Source: an uncultured Clostridia bacterium (lineage in GTDB: Bacteria > Bacillota > Clostridia > TANB77 > CAG-508). From it: a stretch of DNA of 64,000 nt. Under the pieces are notes generated by a model. It was not told where the DNA came from and made no database searches. It saw only the letters and a list, made by a program, of their open reading frames with translations. The stretch is taken from the NCBI GenBank assembly GCA_948664205.1, contig CAPNDH010000001.1, positions 30,165 to 94,164 of the forward strand, in the 5' to 3' direction. This document shows, in pieces, positions 49,457 through 59,367 of this stretch (positions are counted from its first letter, which is position 1; each line of letters opens with the position of its first letter). A program made the position numbers and the translations under genes.

Positions 49457-49616
49457 TTTTTGTTCCTTTCTAAAGCTATAAATTGGTTATAAAAGAATTA
49501 AATTTTGGCTAGGAAAACGAATTTTAAATTTATGTGGCGTACTTATTCTACGCTCTATTAAATTTAAAATGATGTTTGACGGCGCCAAAATTGTAATTAT
49601 TTTATAACAACATACC

Positions 49617-50537
49617 TTATATTTTTTCAATAGTAATTCTTCCTAGCTTTCCACTTCTAAAATCTTCTAATATTATATTTGAAACTTTTTCTTCATCAAC
49701 TTGTCCACCAGAAACTATTGCTCCTCTTTTTCTTCCTATTTTATACATTATTTCTAGTATATTTTCATTTTCCATTCTATCAGTATTTTTAAGCTCTTTC
49801 TCAATTTCTTCTTTTGGAATTTTATATCTTTCTACTATTTTTTCTTGCTCATTTTCTAATAAATATTTTAACAAATTATATGCAATATCTATTTTTTGTA
49901 ATATATCGTCTTTTATCGTTCCTGTATATGCTAGTTTTAGCGCTATTTCTTCATCTTCAAATTTTGGCCATAATACACCCGGGGTATCTAACAATTCTAT
50001 TTTTTCATTTACTCGTACCCATTGTTTTTGCCTTGTTACTCCCGGTTTATTTCCAACATTGGCGGATGTTTTTTTAGTAATTCTATTTATAAAAGATGAT
50101 TTCCCTACATTAGGAATTCCTATTACCATTACTCTTATAGATTTACCAACTCTACCTTTATTACTATATTCTTTTTTTGTTTCTTCATATACTTTTTCAA
50201 TTTGTTTAATTACATCTTGTACACCTTTTCCAGAGTTAGAATCTACTAGAACTGCTGGCACATTTTGCTTTGCAAATTCTTTTACCCATTTTGAATTTTC
50301 TTTTTCCTCAGCTAGATCACATTTATTTAAAACTATTACTTTTTTCTTATCTTCTATGTACTTTCTAATATCTGGGTTTACACTAGCTTTTGGAATTCTT
50401 GCATCTAGTATTTCTACTACCACATCTATTAATTTTAAGTCTTCTATTATTTGTTTTTTTGTTTTAGCCATGTGGCCTGGGTACCAGTTGATGTTCGTTT
50501 TTGTCATATTTTCTTTATTCATCATTTTCACTCCCAT
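49617..50537 (-). CDS. rbgA: Ribosome biogenesis GTPase A (YlqF/RbgA)
   Basis: INWYPGHMAKTKKQI...DARIP...GIPNVGKSS: circularly permuted GTPase. Confidence 0.85.
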   Translation of the reverse strand: MGVKMMNKENMTKTNINWYPGHMAKTKKQIIEDLKLIDVVVEILDARIPKASVNPDIRKYIEDKKKVIVLNKCDLAEEKENSKWVKEFAKQNVPAVLVDSNSGKGVQDVIKQIEKVYEETKKEYSNKGRVGKSIRVMVIGIPNVGKSSFINRITKKTSANVGNKPGVTRQKQWVRVNEKIELLDTPGVLWPKFEDEEIALKLAYTGTIKDDILQKIDIAYNLLKYLLENEQEKIVERYKIPKEEIEKELKNTDRMENENILEIMYKIGRKRGAIVSGGQVDEEKVSNIILEDFRSGKLGRITIEKI

Positions 50538-51151
50538 AAGTTTCCATTTCTTCCATTAATAAATCAAAGTCTGATTTATATAATTTATCTTGTTTTATTC
50601 TATATTTTTCAAATTCAGTTAATGCTTTATCACAGGCTATTTCGTGTGATATTTTACCAGCATCTTTTAATATATCTCTATCGTCAGATAATAAAAATTT
50701 ATCTATTCTTGTTGCCCAATCTTCCATTGTCATTGGGATATGTCTTTTAGCTCTCGCTTCAGCTAAATCTAAAAAGGCTGAAACAATGTATTCTAGTTGT
50801 TCTAATTCTTCTTTTGACAAATAATTTTTAGCAATAACAATATCTGTTTCTAGTATTTTTCCATTAGGAGAATTCTTCCATGATGTTAAACCCATATGCT
50901 CTTTTTCCCTCTTTTTGAATTACCGAGAAATCCTCGGTAGTTGAATTTTTATCAAGTTCTAAATCATTATAAATATTTTTCAAATGTAATCCAATATTAT
51001 CAGAGCTACAATTATAAAGTTCACTCATTGCTTTTTGAGTAAGCCACAAATCGCCATCTTCAAATCTTACTTGAATTCCTTTATCATGAGTTTGTCTTTC
51101 AAAAATTAAAAATTCAGCACTACTACTTCTAATAATTAAATCTTTTCCCAT
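50515..51151 (-). pseudogene. RhuM/DinD-family protein remnant (frameshift near 50864-50895 plus internal deletion)
   Basis: N-part ...IRSSSAEFLIFERQTHDKGIQVRFEDGDLWLTQKAMSELY...HLKNIY... and C-part GLTSWKNSPNGKILETDIVIAKNYLSKEELEQL... match RhuM blocks in different frames. About 100 central residues are missing. Confidence 0.5.
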
Positions 51152-51230
51152 TAAACGTCATCCCCTTTCTAATTTTTTATTGTCTATTCCATCGAATCAA
51201 CGAGATATTATATAATTTTAACAAATCGCT

Positions 51231-51476
51231 TTATTTCTTCTCACCTTGTCCTATTTGCTTTTGTTCATCTATGTATTTATAATTCAAACTATTACTTTTA
51301 GATATTGCAGATTTTTTTGTTTCTTTTTCATATAAATCTTTAGCACCTTTGGCAACTTTTCCACCACGTTTTGCTACTTTTAAATTTTCTTTTAATCCTT
51401 GAGGATGTTCTTCTTTTTCAATATCTCTAATTGGTATTTCTCCAATATTAGTAAGTGCTACTTCTATATCTGTCAT
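51231..51476 (-). CDS. Hypothetical 81-aa protein (possibly a C-terminal RhuM/antirepressor-like fragment)
   Basis: ALTNIGEIPIRDIEKEEHPQGLKENLKVAKRGGKVAKGAKDLYEKETK. Domain assignment is tentative. Confidence 0.2.
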   Translation of the reverse strand: MTDIEVALTNIGEIPIRDIEKEEHPQGLKENLKVAKRGGKVAKGAKDLYEKETKKSAISKSNSLNYKYIDEQKQIGQGEKK

Positions 51477-51484
51477 ATTATCTC

Positions 51485-52165
51485 TTAATGATTCTTTTCT
51501 TTATTATAATCATGACAAGCTTTAACAAATTCCTTAAAAATATTCTGCATTATATCCTCTTCCATTATTTCAGGATGCCACTTTAGTCCTAAACAGAATT
51601 TCTTATTTTTTAATTCTACCGCTTCTACAAAACCATTTAAGTCATGTGCAACAATATCAAAGTGTTTAACATCACTATCTTTTATCATTACATTGTGTAT
51701 ACTATTGACACCAACTACCTTATTTTCTTCAAGTATTTTATATAATCTTGATTTTTCATCAATTATAATCTCATGCCTATAATTCCTGTCATATACATTG
51801 TGTGATTCATCCCTTTCCTTTTGAACAGTATCTCCTTGTGAAAATAAAATATTATTCAAACCACAACAAGTACCTAATAATGGTATATCATTTTCAATTG
51901 CATATTTTGCAACATATATTTCATGATTACCTGTTTGCCAGCCCCCTTGTAGAATAAATCCATCACACATATTTAAAACTTTATGAAAATTTTCTTTTTC
52001 ACTATCTGTCATAATTTTATTGTAATCAATATTAGTTGGTAAAATTCCTATTGCTACAGCATTATTTTTAATAATTATCTTTCTAAAGTCATCTGTTAGT
52101 TTTTGTTTAGTCCACATTGATTTGCTATCATTAGCAGGCTTTGCTACAATTCCTATTATAGTCAT
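51485..52165 (-). CDS. Class I glutamine amidotransferase-like / peptidase C26 (gamma-glutamyl hydrolase-like)
   Basis: 226 aa, ...LLGTCCGLNN...GLKWHPE... Cys-His catalytic pair context. Confidence 0.6.
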   Translation of the reverse strand: MTIIGIVAKPANDSKSMWTKQKLTDDFRKIIIKNNAVAIGILPTNIDYNKIMTDSEKENFHKVLNMCDGFILQGGWQTGNHEIYVAKYAIENDIPLLGTCCGLNNILFSQGDTVQKERDESHNVYDRNYRHEIIIDEKSRLYKILEENKVVGVNSIHNVMIKDSDVKHFDIVAHDLNGFVEAVELKNKKFCLGLKWHPEIMEEDIMQNIFKEFVKACHDYNKEKNH

Positions 52166-52345
52166 CTTTCTAATCTCCCTTCATAGTTTTCTAAAAGTCG
52201 GTATGTACCAGTTAATATTGATTTTTCATATTTTCTTTATTCATTAATATCCAAAGGCAATTATCATGTCTAAATTATAATGGTCTATATTTCTTTTTAC
52301 TTCTCTATTTCCTTCTTTTTGAACTAATAAGAATTTTTTATTAGT

Positions 52346-52537
52346 TCAAATATCTTGTAATTCACCATCTTTATAAATATTCTTAATGTGCATTGATATA
52401 TTTTCTTGAGTTGTTTTATAAATTTCTGCTAGTTGATTTTGTGTAAGCCAAATATCTTCATCTGTAAATTTTACATTTACTTTAGTAATCCCATCTTTAT
52501 CTTCATATATCATTATGTCATTACCTTTTTTATTCAT
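52346..52537 (-). pseudogene. Truncated RhuM-family N-terminal fragment
   Basis: 63 aa, IMIYEDKDGITKVNVKFTDEDIWLTQNQLAEIYKTTQENISMHIKNIYKDGEL is the RhuM N-terminal block only. Confidence 0.45.
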
Positions 52538-52559
52538 AATTGCCTCCTACTTTATAATT

Positions 52560-53162
52560 CTAACTATATTTACTTATAAATTCTACAACATCATCTTCAC
52601 TTACTTTAATTTTTTCTTTATCTTCATCAGTAATTTCTGTAAAGTATTTATCTATAATTTTATATTTTGAAATTGAATTTAATGGATACCCTGGATTTAT
52701 TATATTTGATTTAGTATCAACCATATAAAAATTATCCTTACTCCAAGTATATGTATTTTCTTCGCCTTTTTCATTTACTATAGCAAGTCCATATATCCAT
52801 TTACAGTTGATTCTACCATTATTTCCATATTGCTTAACTAAATTTATATAATGCTCTATCATTTCTTCATCTGTTAAGGTTTTTCCATTTACTCTTCTTA
52901 CAAATAAACCTGGTTGCTTTTCTTCTGGTACATTTTCTAAATATAATGTATCATCCATACCTATAGTTGTCATACCACTTTTCTTATATCCTTCACGTGC
53001 TTTTATTAAAGCATTTTCTATTGCTGTTTTTCCATCTTCTTTATCTTCTAATTTTATATTTAGGTCTTTTAAATTTAAAACTTCTATGTTCTTTTTTAAT
53101 AGTCCTTCACTAAATCTTTTTGATTTACTTTCATTACTTGTTGCAAATAATATTTGTTTCAT
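52560..53162 (-). CDS. Ham1/RdgB-like non-canonical NTP pyrophosphatase family protein (tentative)
   Basis: 200 aa, ILFATSNESKSKRF resembles the ATxNxxK motif of ITPase-family proteins. The rest is divergent. Confidence 0.4.
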   Translation of the reverse strand: MKQILFATSNESKSKRFSEGLLKKNIEVLNLKDLNIKLEDKEDGKTAIENALIKAREGYKKSGMTTIGMDDTLYLENVPEEKQPGLFVRRVNGKTLTDEEMIEHYINLVKQYGNNGRINCKWIYGLAIVNEKGEENTYTWSKDNFYMVDTKSNIINPGYPLNSISKYKIIDKYFTEITDEDKEKIKVSEDDVVEFISKYS

Positions 53163-53199
53163 TTTTTATCCTCCATACTATATGTATTCTACCAACTTA

Positions 53200-54009
53200 T
53201 TATTTTACTGTTAAAATGATAGGTCTGTGATCAGATCCTTCTTTAAAGATATCTTTTTGCTTTATTATTTGATATTCATAATCGTTTTCTTTTAATTTTT
53301 CAACAAATGCAAAATCAACATTAACAGATTCATTTATACCATAGCCATGATATGAATTATCTACAATATTATCTTTTTTGTTTTTAGAAATAATAGAATA
53401 ATTCTCCTTTTGTTTCAAAATTGTACGTGCTTCATTCATATGTGAAACCATATTCATATCTCCAATTACTAATTTATAATCAGCATTAGAATTGTCCATA
53501 TAGGTTAATGATTTTACCATACCCTTTATAATTCCTTCTGCTGATTTATAATCTGTATGAACATTACCTATTAAATATGTTTTCTGTTTATATTCTAATT
53601 CAACAAATACAGTAGTTCTATAATCACTCATTCCATAATCAATAATTTGATTTTCAACAGTTTTATAGGTTTCATCTTTTCCATGTGGAATACAATGTAC
53701 GTATTTAATTTCTATCTTATTATCATTTCTTATTCCAATTATATTGTATTGATATATTGTTCTAGTTCTCATTGGAAATTTTTGTGTAATAGTAAAATTA
53801 TTTTCTTTACATATTTTATTTACTAACTCCATGTTATTTTCATTTACTTCTTGGAAACATAATACTTTTATCTCTTCATCCTGTAGTATTGTATTAATAT
53901 TATGATATAAATTTTCTTGTCTTATTTCCCAATTTGGAGTTGGAAGTTCTACATCTTTTTTTCCATAAATATTATAACTTAAAATTTTCATATTTTTATC
54001 TCCTAACAA
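53200..54009 (-). CDS. Endonuclease/exonuclease/phosphatase (EEP) family protein
   Basis: 269 aa with LCFQEV, GDMN and SDHRPI motifs. Confidence 0.65.
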   Translation of the reverse strand: MLGDKNMKILSYNIYGKKDVELPTPNWEIRQENLYHNINTILQDEEIKVLCFQEVNENNMELVNKICKENNFTITQKFPMRTRTIYQYNIIGIRNDNKIEIKYVHCIPHGKDETYKTVENQIIDYGMSDYRTTVFVELEYKQKTYLIGNVHTDYKSAEGIIKGMVKSLTYMDNSNADYKLVIGDMNMVSHMNEARTILKQKENYSIISKNKKDNIVDNSYHGYGINESVNVDFAFVEKLKENDYEYQIIKQKDIFKEGSDHRPIILTVK

Positions 54010-54051
54010 TTGTAATAATATAAAATATCTCTTTTATTGTATTTTCATATA

Positions 54052-54528
54052 CTATAACGTTCTATAATTGTTTTTATCTGCTCTTTCGTCTAGTTTTCTA
54101 TCATATTGTTCATTTTTGTAAAACCAGTCTGTTTTTTTGTCTGTTGGATTTTTCATTCTGGTTCTATCTAGTAATATATCAAATAATACTAATATTGGAA
54201 GTGCTACTCCTATTAGTGCAAAGAACATTTCTGTATATGTTTGCATGCTTAGAGTTTCGTTGTTTATTATTTTCATAACATTTTCTATTAAACCTCTTCC
54301 AAAATACCATCCATATGCACCTAAATACACTATTGCTCCTAATAGTTTTCTTTTGAATATAAATGGTATGCATATTAATACTATAAATAATAGTGCTATT
54401 TCTACGTTTGCATCTATTGGTGAAACTACAAAGTCTATTCCCATGCTTCCTGTTACTGCTACGGCTACTCTAAATAGCCAATACATCATTACAAATATTG
54501 TTATTAGCCAACTGCTTAAATTTTTCAT
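54052..54528 (-). CDS. Hypothetical membrane protein
   Basis: 158 aa with 4 TM segments. Long structured 5' leader (54541-54756). Confidence 0.35.
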   Translation of the reverse strand: MKNLSSWLITIFVMMYWLFRVAVAVTGSMGIDFVVSPIDANVEIALLFIVLICIPFIFKRKLLGAIVYLGAYGWYFGRGLIENVMKIINNETLSMQTYTEMFFALIGVALPILVLFDILLDRTRMKNPTDKKTDWFYKNEQYDRKLDERADKNNYRTL

Positions 54529-54603
54529 TCGATTTTATCTCCTTTTTCAATTTTTATGCCAAATACTGGCTTTGCCACCCTACGTGTTAAATTATTCGCT
54601 CCC

Positions 54604-54714
54604 AGTAAGTAATATATTTTATTTTTTCCATTTCGCCCTCCAAGCTCACGGGTATTCCCCCGCCTCAAAGGGCTGTCGGGACTTCATTACAAAAATAAAA
54701 TATATTACTCACTT
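54604..54714. mobile_element. MITE-like element with 23-bp AT-rich TIRs enclosing a 65-bp GC-rich core, inside the 5' leader of 54052..54528
   Basis: AGTAAGTAATATATTTTATTTTT ... AAAAATAAAATATATTACTCACT (one mismatch). Core CCATTTCGCCCTCCAAGCTCACGGGTATTCCCCCGCCTCAAAGGGCTGTCGGGACTTC. Confidence 0.5.
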
Positions 54715-54799
54715 CGCGCTACTCTATAACTTAAATTAGTGTACTTTCCTACTATAAAATAAAAGTGGTTGGAATTTTTGTTCCAACCACCTACCGTTA

Positions 54800-55192
54800 C
54801 TATTCTTCTTCATCATCTATAAAGTTAAATTCATCTTTGAATTTCTCTTTAAATAATTCAAATACTTGATTTAAAGTATGTTCATCATCTACACTTACAT
54901 ACGATTCTTCTTCTTCTGATTCTGTATCTTCTATTTTTAGTATTACTACTTCTCCTGAATCTTCTTCATCCTCTTCTACTGGTAAAAGAACTACATATTC
55001 TTCTCCTTCAAATTCTACAACGTCTAAAAATTCGAATGGAACTTCTTCTCCGTTTTCGTCATTTAATATTATGATGTTATTTAGTTCCTCTTCGCCATTC
55101 ATCATTTCATTTTCATCCATTTTTTCTTTCTCCTTTCGTTTTACCTTTTTATAGGCTATATATAATAATTGTATCTCTACAATAATTATCAA
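54800..55192 (-). CDS. DUF1292 family acidic protein (YrzB-like)
   Basis: 130 aa, NGEEVPFEFLDVVEFEGEEYVVLLP. Terminator hairpin 54765-54790. Confidence 0.65.
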   Translation of the reverse strand: MIIIVEIQLLYIAYKKVKRKEKEKMDENEMMNGEEELNNIIILNDENGEEVPFEFLDVVEFEGEEYVVLLPVEEDEEDSGEVVILKIEDTESEEEESYVSVDDEHTLNQVFELFKEKFKDEFNFIDDEEE

Positions 55193-55232
55193 TTTAAATT
55201 TATTATTTGTTATTTTTTTGTTTGTATACTTT

Positions 55233-55658
55233 TTATTTACTATTCTTAATTTTGTTCATATATATTTCTAATATGTATACTGCTGATATGGTATCTACTA
55301 TATTTTTCTTTTTCTTTTTGTTTACATCTAAAAAGTTCATGGTTTTGTGTGCTGCTACTGTTGTTAGCCTTTCGTCTATTTCTTCTATTGGTATTTTTGA
55401 AAATTTGCATTTTAATTTATGAATGAATTTATTTGTTACTTCTACCCTTTCTGCTTTTGTTCCATCCATATTTATAGGCATTCCTATTACTATTGTATCT
55501 ATTTCATATTCATTAAATAACTCTTCTAGTCTTTTTAATACTATTTTATCATTTCCATTATGATGTATAGTTTCTAGTCCTTGGGCTGTTATTCCTAAAG
55601 CGTCTGTAATAGCTATTCCTACTCTGCTATCTCCATAATCTATTCCTAGTTTTCGCAA
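55233..55658 (-). CDS. ruvX: Putative pre-16S rRNA nuclease / Holliday junction resolvase-like RuvX (YqgF)
   Basis: MRKLGIDYGDSRVGIAITD...; conserved ruvX-DUF1292 arrangement. Confidence 0.8.
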   Translation of the reverse strand: MRKLGIDYGDSRVGIAITDALGITAQGLETIHHNGNDKIVLKRLEELFNEYEIDTIVIGMPINMDGTKAERVEVTNKFIHKLKCKFSKIPIEEIDERLTTVAAHKTMNFLDVNKKKKKNIVDTISAVYILEIYMNKIKNSK

Positions 55659-55679
55659 CTTAGTATTTCTCCTAATTCT

Positions 55680-55928
55680 TTATATATTAATATAATTTTT
55701 AACCATTTTTTCTAATAACTCGTCTCTTTCTATTTGTCTTATTAATGTTCTTGCTCCATTGTGACTTGTTATATATGTTGGATCTCCTGATAATATATAT
55801 CCAACTATTTGATTTATTGGGTTATATCCCTTTTCTTGTAAAGCTTCATATACTTTTCTTAATATTTCTTTGCTGTCTAAACCTTCTTCTTTTGGCATTC
55901 TAAAGCACATTGTTTCATCATTTGCCAT
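55680..55928 (-). CDS. UPF0297 / IreB-family protein
   Basis: 82 aa, ...[34 protein letters not shown].... Standard ireB-ruvX-DUF1292 synteny. Confidence 0.7.
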   Translation of the reverse strand: MANDETMCFRMPKEEGLDSKEILRKVYEALQEKGYNPINQIVGYILSGDPTYITSHNGARTLIRQIERDELLEKMVKNYINI

Positions 55929-55965
55929 TATAATACCTTTCCTTTCTTGATTATTAAATTATTTT

Positions 55966-57072
55966 TTAAATATAATTTATATCACTTTCTTCTTCTGGTG
56001 CTAAATTTAAGTATTCTTCTAGTTTCTTTGTTGTTCCTTCTATTGCTGTTCCTTTATAGTAATTTGTAAGTACTACATTTATTTTTGGGCTAATTTCTAA
56101 TGGTTCTTCATCTTCATAGTAATCTTGCTCATTTTGAGTTATTACTAAACTTTCTAGTCCATTTTTTATTGTTTGCATAAATTCAGAAACTCCTTCTAGT
56201 TCTACTCCTGAAAATGCTATTACAAATTTAGGTCCCATATATCTTACAAATATATAATCTGCTGAAATGTTTTTCTTTACTAGTTCACTTACTTTTGTTA
56301 TAACATCGTTTCCTGTATGTCTTCCTAAGTTTTCGTTAATATCTACTATATTTTTTATTTCAAACATACATATTGTTGATGTTGTGAATTGGTCTATTTT
56401 TCTTTTTCCTTCACTATATAAATATTCTTCAGATTTTAAACCTGTAAATAAGTCATCTCTAACTATATTTTCTACTATGCTTTGACTTTCTATTGTTTTT
56501 ATTACTGAAATTATATTATTTTTTACTACTTCTAATACTGTTGTATCTATTTTATCAAAGTCATGTGGAATTCCACTTTCTATTATCCAATACCCTATAT
56601 AGACATTATCTATATATAGTGGGAAGAACATTGCAGATTTTGCTCTTCCAAATTCCATTTTTTGATATGGAAGTCTTTCTCCTTCTTTTTCTACTGTTAT
56701 ATATTTAGGAGTTGCTGTTTCTATTGCTTCCTTAAATATTTCTTCAGAATGTAAATTCTTTAATGTATCCCAATGCTTAACGTCTACGTTTGTTGCTTTT
56801 ATTGCATATTCTGCGCCATTGTATACTACAATTGTTGAATACTTTATATCATATTTTTCTATTAGTATTTCATTTATTTTTCTTATTTTATCATCTGCTG
56901 ATTTTTCGTCGCTTATAGTATTCATAAATTCTTGTAATACATTTAAACTTACTACTTTTTGATTTAAGTTATTATATTTATTTATTTTTTTGTTTATAAG
57001 CATATTATATATCATTAATAACATTATGATTGCTACTAATAATATAATTACAAGGATTATCAATTTTAGCAC
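55966..57072 (-). CDS. Membrane-anchored sensor protein with degenerate GGDEF-like domain
   Basis: N-terminal TM, central sensor, then RDDLFTGL...GRHTGNDVITKV...RYMGPKF (GGDEF replaced). Confidence 0.4.
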   Translation of the reverse strand: MLKLIILVIILLVAIIMLLMIYNMLINKKINKYNNLNQKVVSLNVLQEFMNTISDEKSADDKIRKINEILIEKYDIKYSTIVVYNGAEYAIKATNVDVKHWDTLKNLHSEEIFKEAIETATPKYITVEKEGERLPYQKMEFGRAKSAMFFPLYIDNVYIGYWIIESGIPHDFDKIDTTVLEVVKNNIISVIKTIESQSIVENIVRDDLFTGLKSEEYLYSEGKRKIDQFTTSTICMFEIKNIVDINENLGRHTGNDVITKVSELVKKNISADYIFVRYMGPKFVIAFSGVELEGVSEFMQTIKNGLESLVITQNEQDYYEDEEPLEISPKINVVLTNYYKGTAIEGTTKKLEEYLNLAPEEESDINYI

Positions 57073-57102
57073 CTCCTACTTAGTTAATTTATTTTTTATA
57101 CT

Positions 57103-59364
57103 TTATTTATTTTTCATTTTATTTAAAATATTGTTCATATCATTTGAAAAGTTACTTGCACCTGAATATTGGTTATATTTTGAAGTGTTTGATAATAGTG
57201 GATATACCATATTACCTAATTTTTTCAAACTATTCATAAAATCTTTTGAGTAACCATTTGTAGTTATGTTACAATTTATTAAGCCTTCTAAATATTTTGT
57301 ATATGTTTGCATTTCAAATGGAACTACTGTATATTTTATATTTTCCCTATTAAATAATTCTGTCATAAATGACATTGATGGGTCATTATAAAATGCCATT
57401 CCTGCTATTATTGTTTTTTCTGTAGCACTTCTTACTTTTACATATTTATTAATAACTACTCTTAGTTTGTTTTGGTCTAATACATTTTTTGCTTTTAAGT
57501 CTCTTAAATATGCTGTAAGTGGTTGTATTGTAAGTACATCCATACTTTGTACTAAGTATATTTCTTGACTTTTATTTATATATCCTAATTCTGTTTTGAA
57601 GTCACAGTCTAATAATATTAATGAGTATTTTTGTACTAGTGTACTTAGTATTTTTTCATAATTTTCTATACCATTATTTTCTCCTGGTAATGAAGTATAT
57701 ACGTCTAAATTTTTATTAACTTCTACTCCTTCTGCTATTCCTTCTAGTAATTTGCTTGTACAATTTATTGCTTTTGTTCTTAAAGTTTCTTCATTTTTAG
57801 TGTATATATAGTATGAATTTCTATTTTTAGTTAAATCTAGTATTGCTGTTTTTATTCCTTGGCTTGAAAGTATTTCTGCTATATTATTTATTAAGAAAGA
57901 TGTTCCATTTTTTGATGTTCCTACAAATGCTACTATTTTCTTATCTGAAGTTAATAGTTTATCTAACTCAAAATCTTGTGAAGTTTCTATATTAGCTATA
58001 TTATTTTCTTTTACTTCTTCGTAATCTGACATAAAACCATATTTTGGTTCTTCTATTGTTTCTTCTTCAAAATCTGATAATAAGTCATTTTCAAATAATG
58101 TATTATTTTCTTGTGCTCTATTTGATTCATATGATGTATATGTTTCTGGTTCATCAAATCCTGGTAATAAAACTTCGTCTTCTTCAAAACCTGGCAATAA
58201 TATTTCTTCCTCAAAACCTGGTAATATATCTTTTTGGGTATTTTCCCTTAAAGTATTTTTACTATATATTCCTCTTTTTGCTGGCACTTCATCTTCTTCT
58301 GGGCTTTCTATTTTTCTAGGTCTTCCTCTTTTTTTCTTAACCTGTTCTTGTACATTTACTTCTTCCATTTGAACTTTTCTAGGTCTTCCTCTTCCTTTTT
58401 TTACTGGCTCTACTTCTGGCATATTTAATTTAGTTTCTGCATTAGTTTTAGAAGTACCTTGTTTTGATACTTTTTTCACATTACTTGTAGAAACTGCTGT
58501 TGGTATTACTACTGGTCTACTTAATTTATTAACTTTTGTATCACCTATTGATTCTATTTTTATTCCATTATCTACAATTGCTTGATTTGTATTTCTTGGT
58601 TTACTTGTTTTTGGGTTTATTTGTGTTGAGCCATATGGTTGTTGTTTTCTTAGTTTTGCACTTTCACCTGCAAAAGTTGCTAATTGTTGATATTTAGGGC
58701 TATTTGCTTCTAATACTGCTTTAACTCCTAATGGTAAAAATTTTATAATTACTTTTAGTTGTTCATCTGTATATTGGCTTGCTATACTATTAAAACTTTC
58801 AACATATTTATCTTCATTTTTACCCAATCTTTTATAATGTGTTAATATATTTTGTATTTCTACTTCACTAACATCTTCTACTGCTTCTGCTTTATAGTCT
58901 ACATCTCCTGAGTCTATTTTATAATATATTTTAGCTTCTTTTTTTGAACGTGGTTTGTTAATTAATTTGCATACTTCTTCTATGCTTCTATCTTGTCCAA
59001 TTAAAGTGCTATAAACTCCAATTCCAAATAATTTGTTTAGAATTTGCTCTCCTTTAGTACGCCTATCTGTAGCTATTAATATTATTGGAATATCTTCTCC
59101 TAAATTTGTTACAGCTTCATCTGATATACTGTCTAATTTTTCAAATATGAAATTATCTATTGTTTCATAATTTTTGTTTGCAAATGGCTCTAAATCTTCA
59201 CTTATTACTATTCTATCATAGCTTTTATCTTTTTGTAATTCTTTTAATATTGCATTAAAGTAATAAACGTTTTTGCCTAGTATAATTTCCTTATACATTG
59301 ATTGATATTTCTTTTTTATTGTTTCGGAAATATTTTCATTACTTACAGCAAATAAAACTTTCAT
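57103..59364 (-). CDS. Multidomain protein: receiver-like N-terminus, AT-hook linker, degenerate ParA/MinD-like C-terminal domain
   Basis: 753 aa. KKGRGRPRKVQ and KKRGRPRKIE AT-hooks, LLPGFEE x3 repeats, C-terminal KIVAFVGTSKNGTSFL...AILDLT region. Confidence 0.35.
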   Translation of the reverse strand: MKVLFAVSNENISETIKKKYQSMYKEIILGKNVYYFNAILKELQKDKSYDRIVISEDLEPFANKNYETIDNFIFEKLDSISDEAVTNLGEDIPIILIATDRRTKGEQILNKLFGIGVYSTLIGQDRSIEEVCKLINKPRSKKEAKIYYKIDSGDVDYKAEAVEDVSEVEIQNILTHYKRLGKNEDKYVESFNSIASQYTDEQLKVIIKFLPLGVKAVLEANSPKYQQLATFAGESAKLRKQQPYGSTQINPKTSKPRNTNQAIVDNGIKIESIGDTKVNKLSRPVVIPTAVSTSNVKKVSKQGTSKTNAETKLNMPEVEPVKKGRGRPRKVQMEEVNVQEQVKKKRGRPRKIESPEEDEVPAKRGIYSKNTLRENTQKDILPGFEEEILLPGFEEDEVLLPGFDEPETYTSYESNRAQENNTLFENDLLSDFEEETIEEPKYGFMSDYEEVKENNIANIETSQDFELDKLLTSDKKIVAFVGTSKNGTSFLINNIAEILSSQGIKTAILDLTKNRNSYYIYTKNEETLRTKAINCTSKLLEGIAEGVEVNKNLDVYTSLPGENNGIENYEKILSTLVQKYSLILLDCDFKTELGYINKSQEIYLVQSMDVLTIQPLTAYLRDLKAKNVLDQNKLRVVINKYVKVRSATEKTIIAGMAFYNDPSMSFMTELFNRENIKYTVVPFEMQTYTKYLEGLINCNITTNGYSKDFMNSLKKLGNMVYPLLSNTSKYNQYSGASNFSNDMNNILNKMKNK

Positions 59365-59367
59365 TTG

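Noticed and set aside
54541-54756. Assignment of the structured leader to a specific riboswitch class (c-di-AMP ydaO, TPP, ZTP, guanidine-I)
   Set aside because: The core lacks the diagnostic conserved nucleotides I can recall for these classes. Its 23-bp AT-rich inverted termini fit a MITE better. It is kept as an open finding rather than a feature call.
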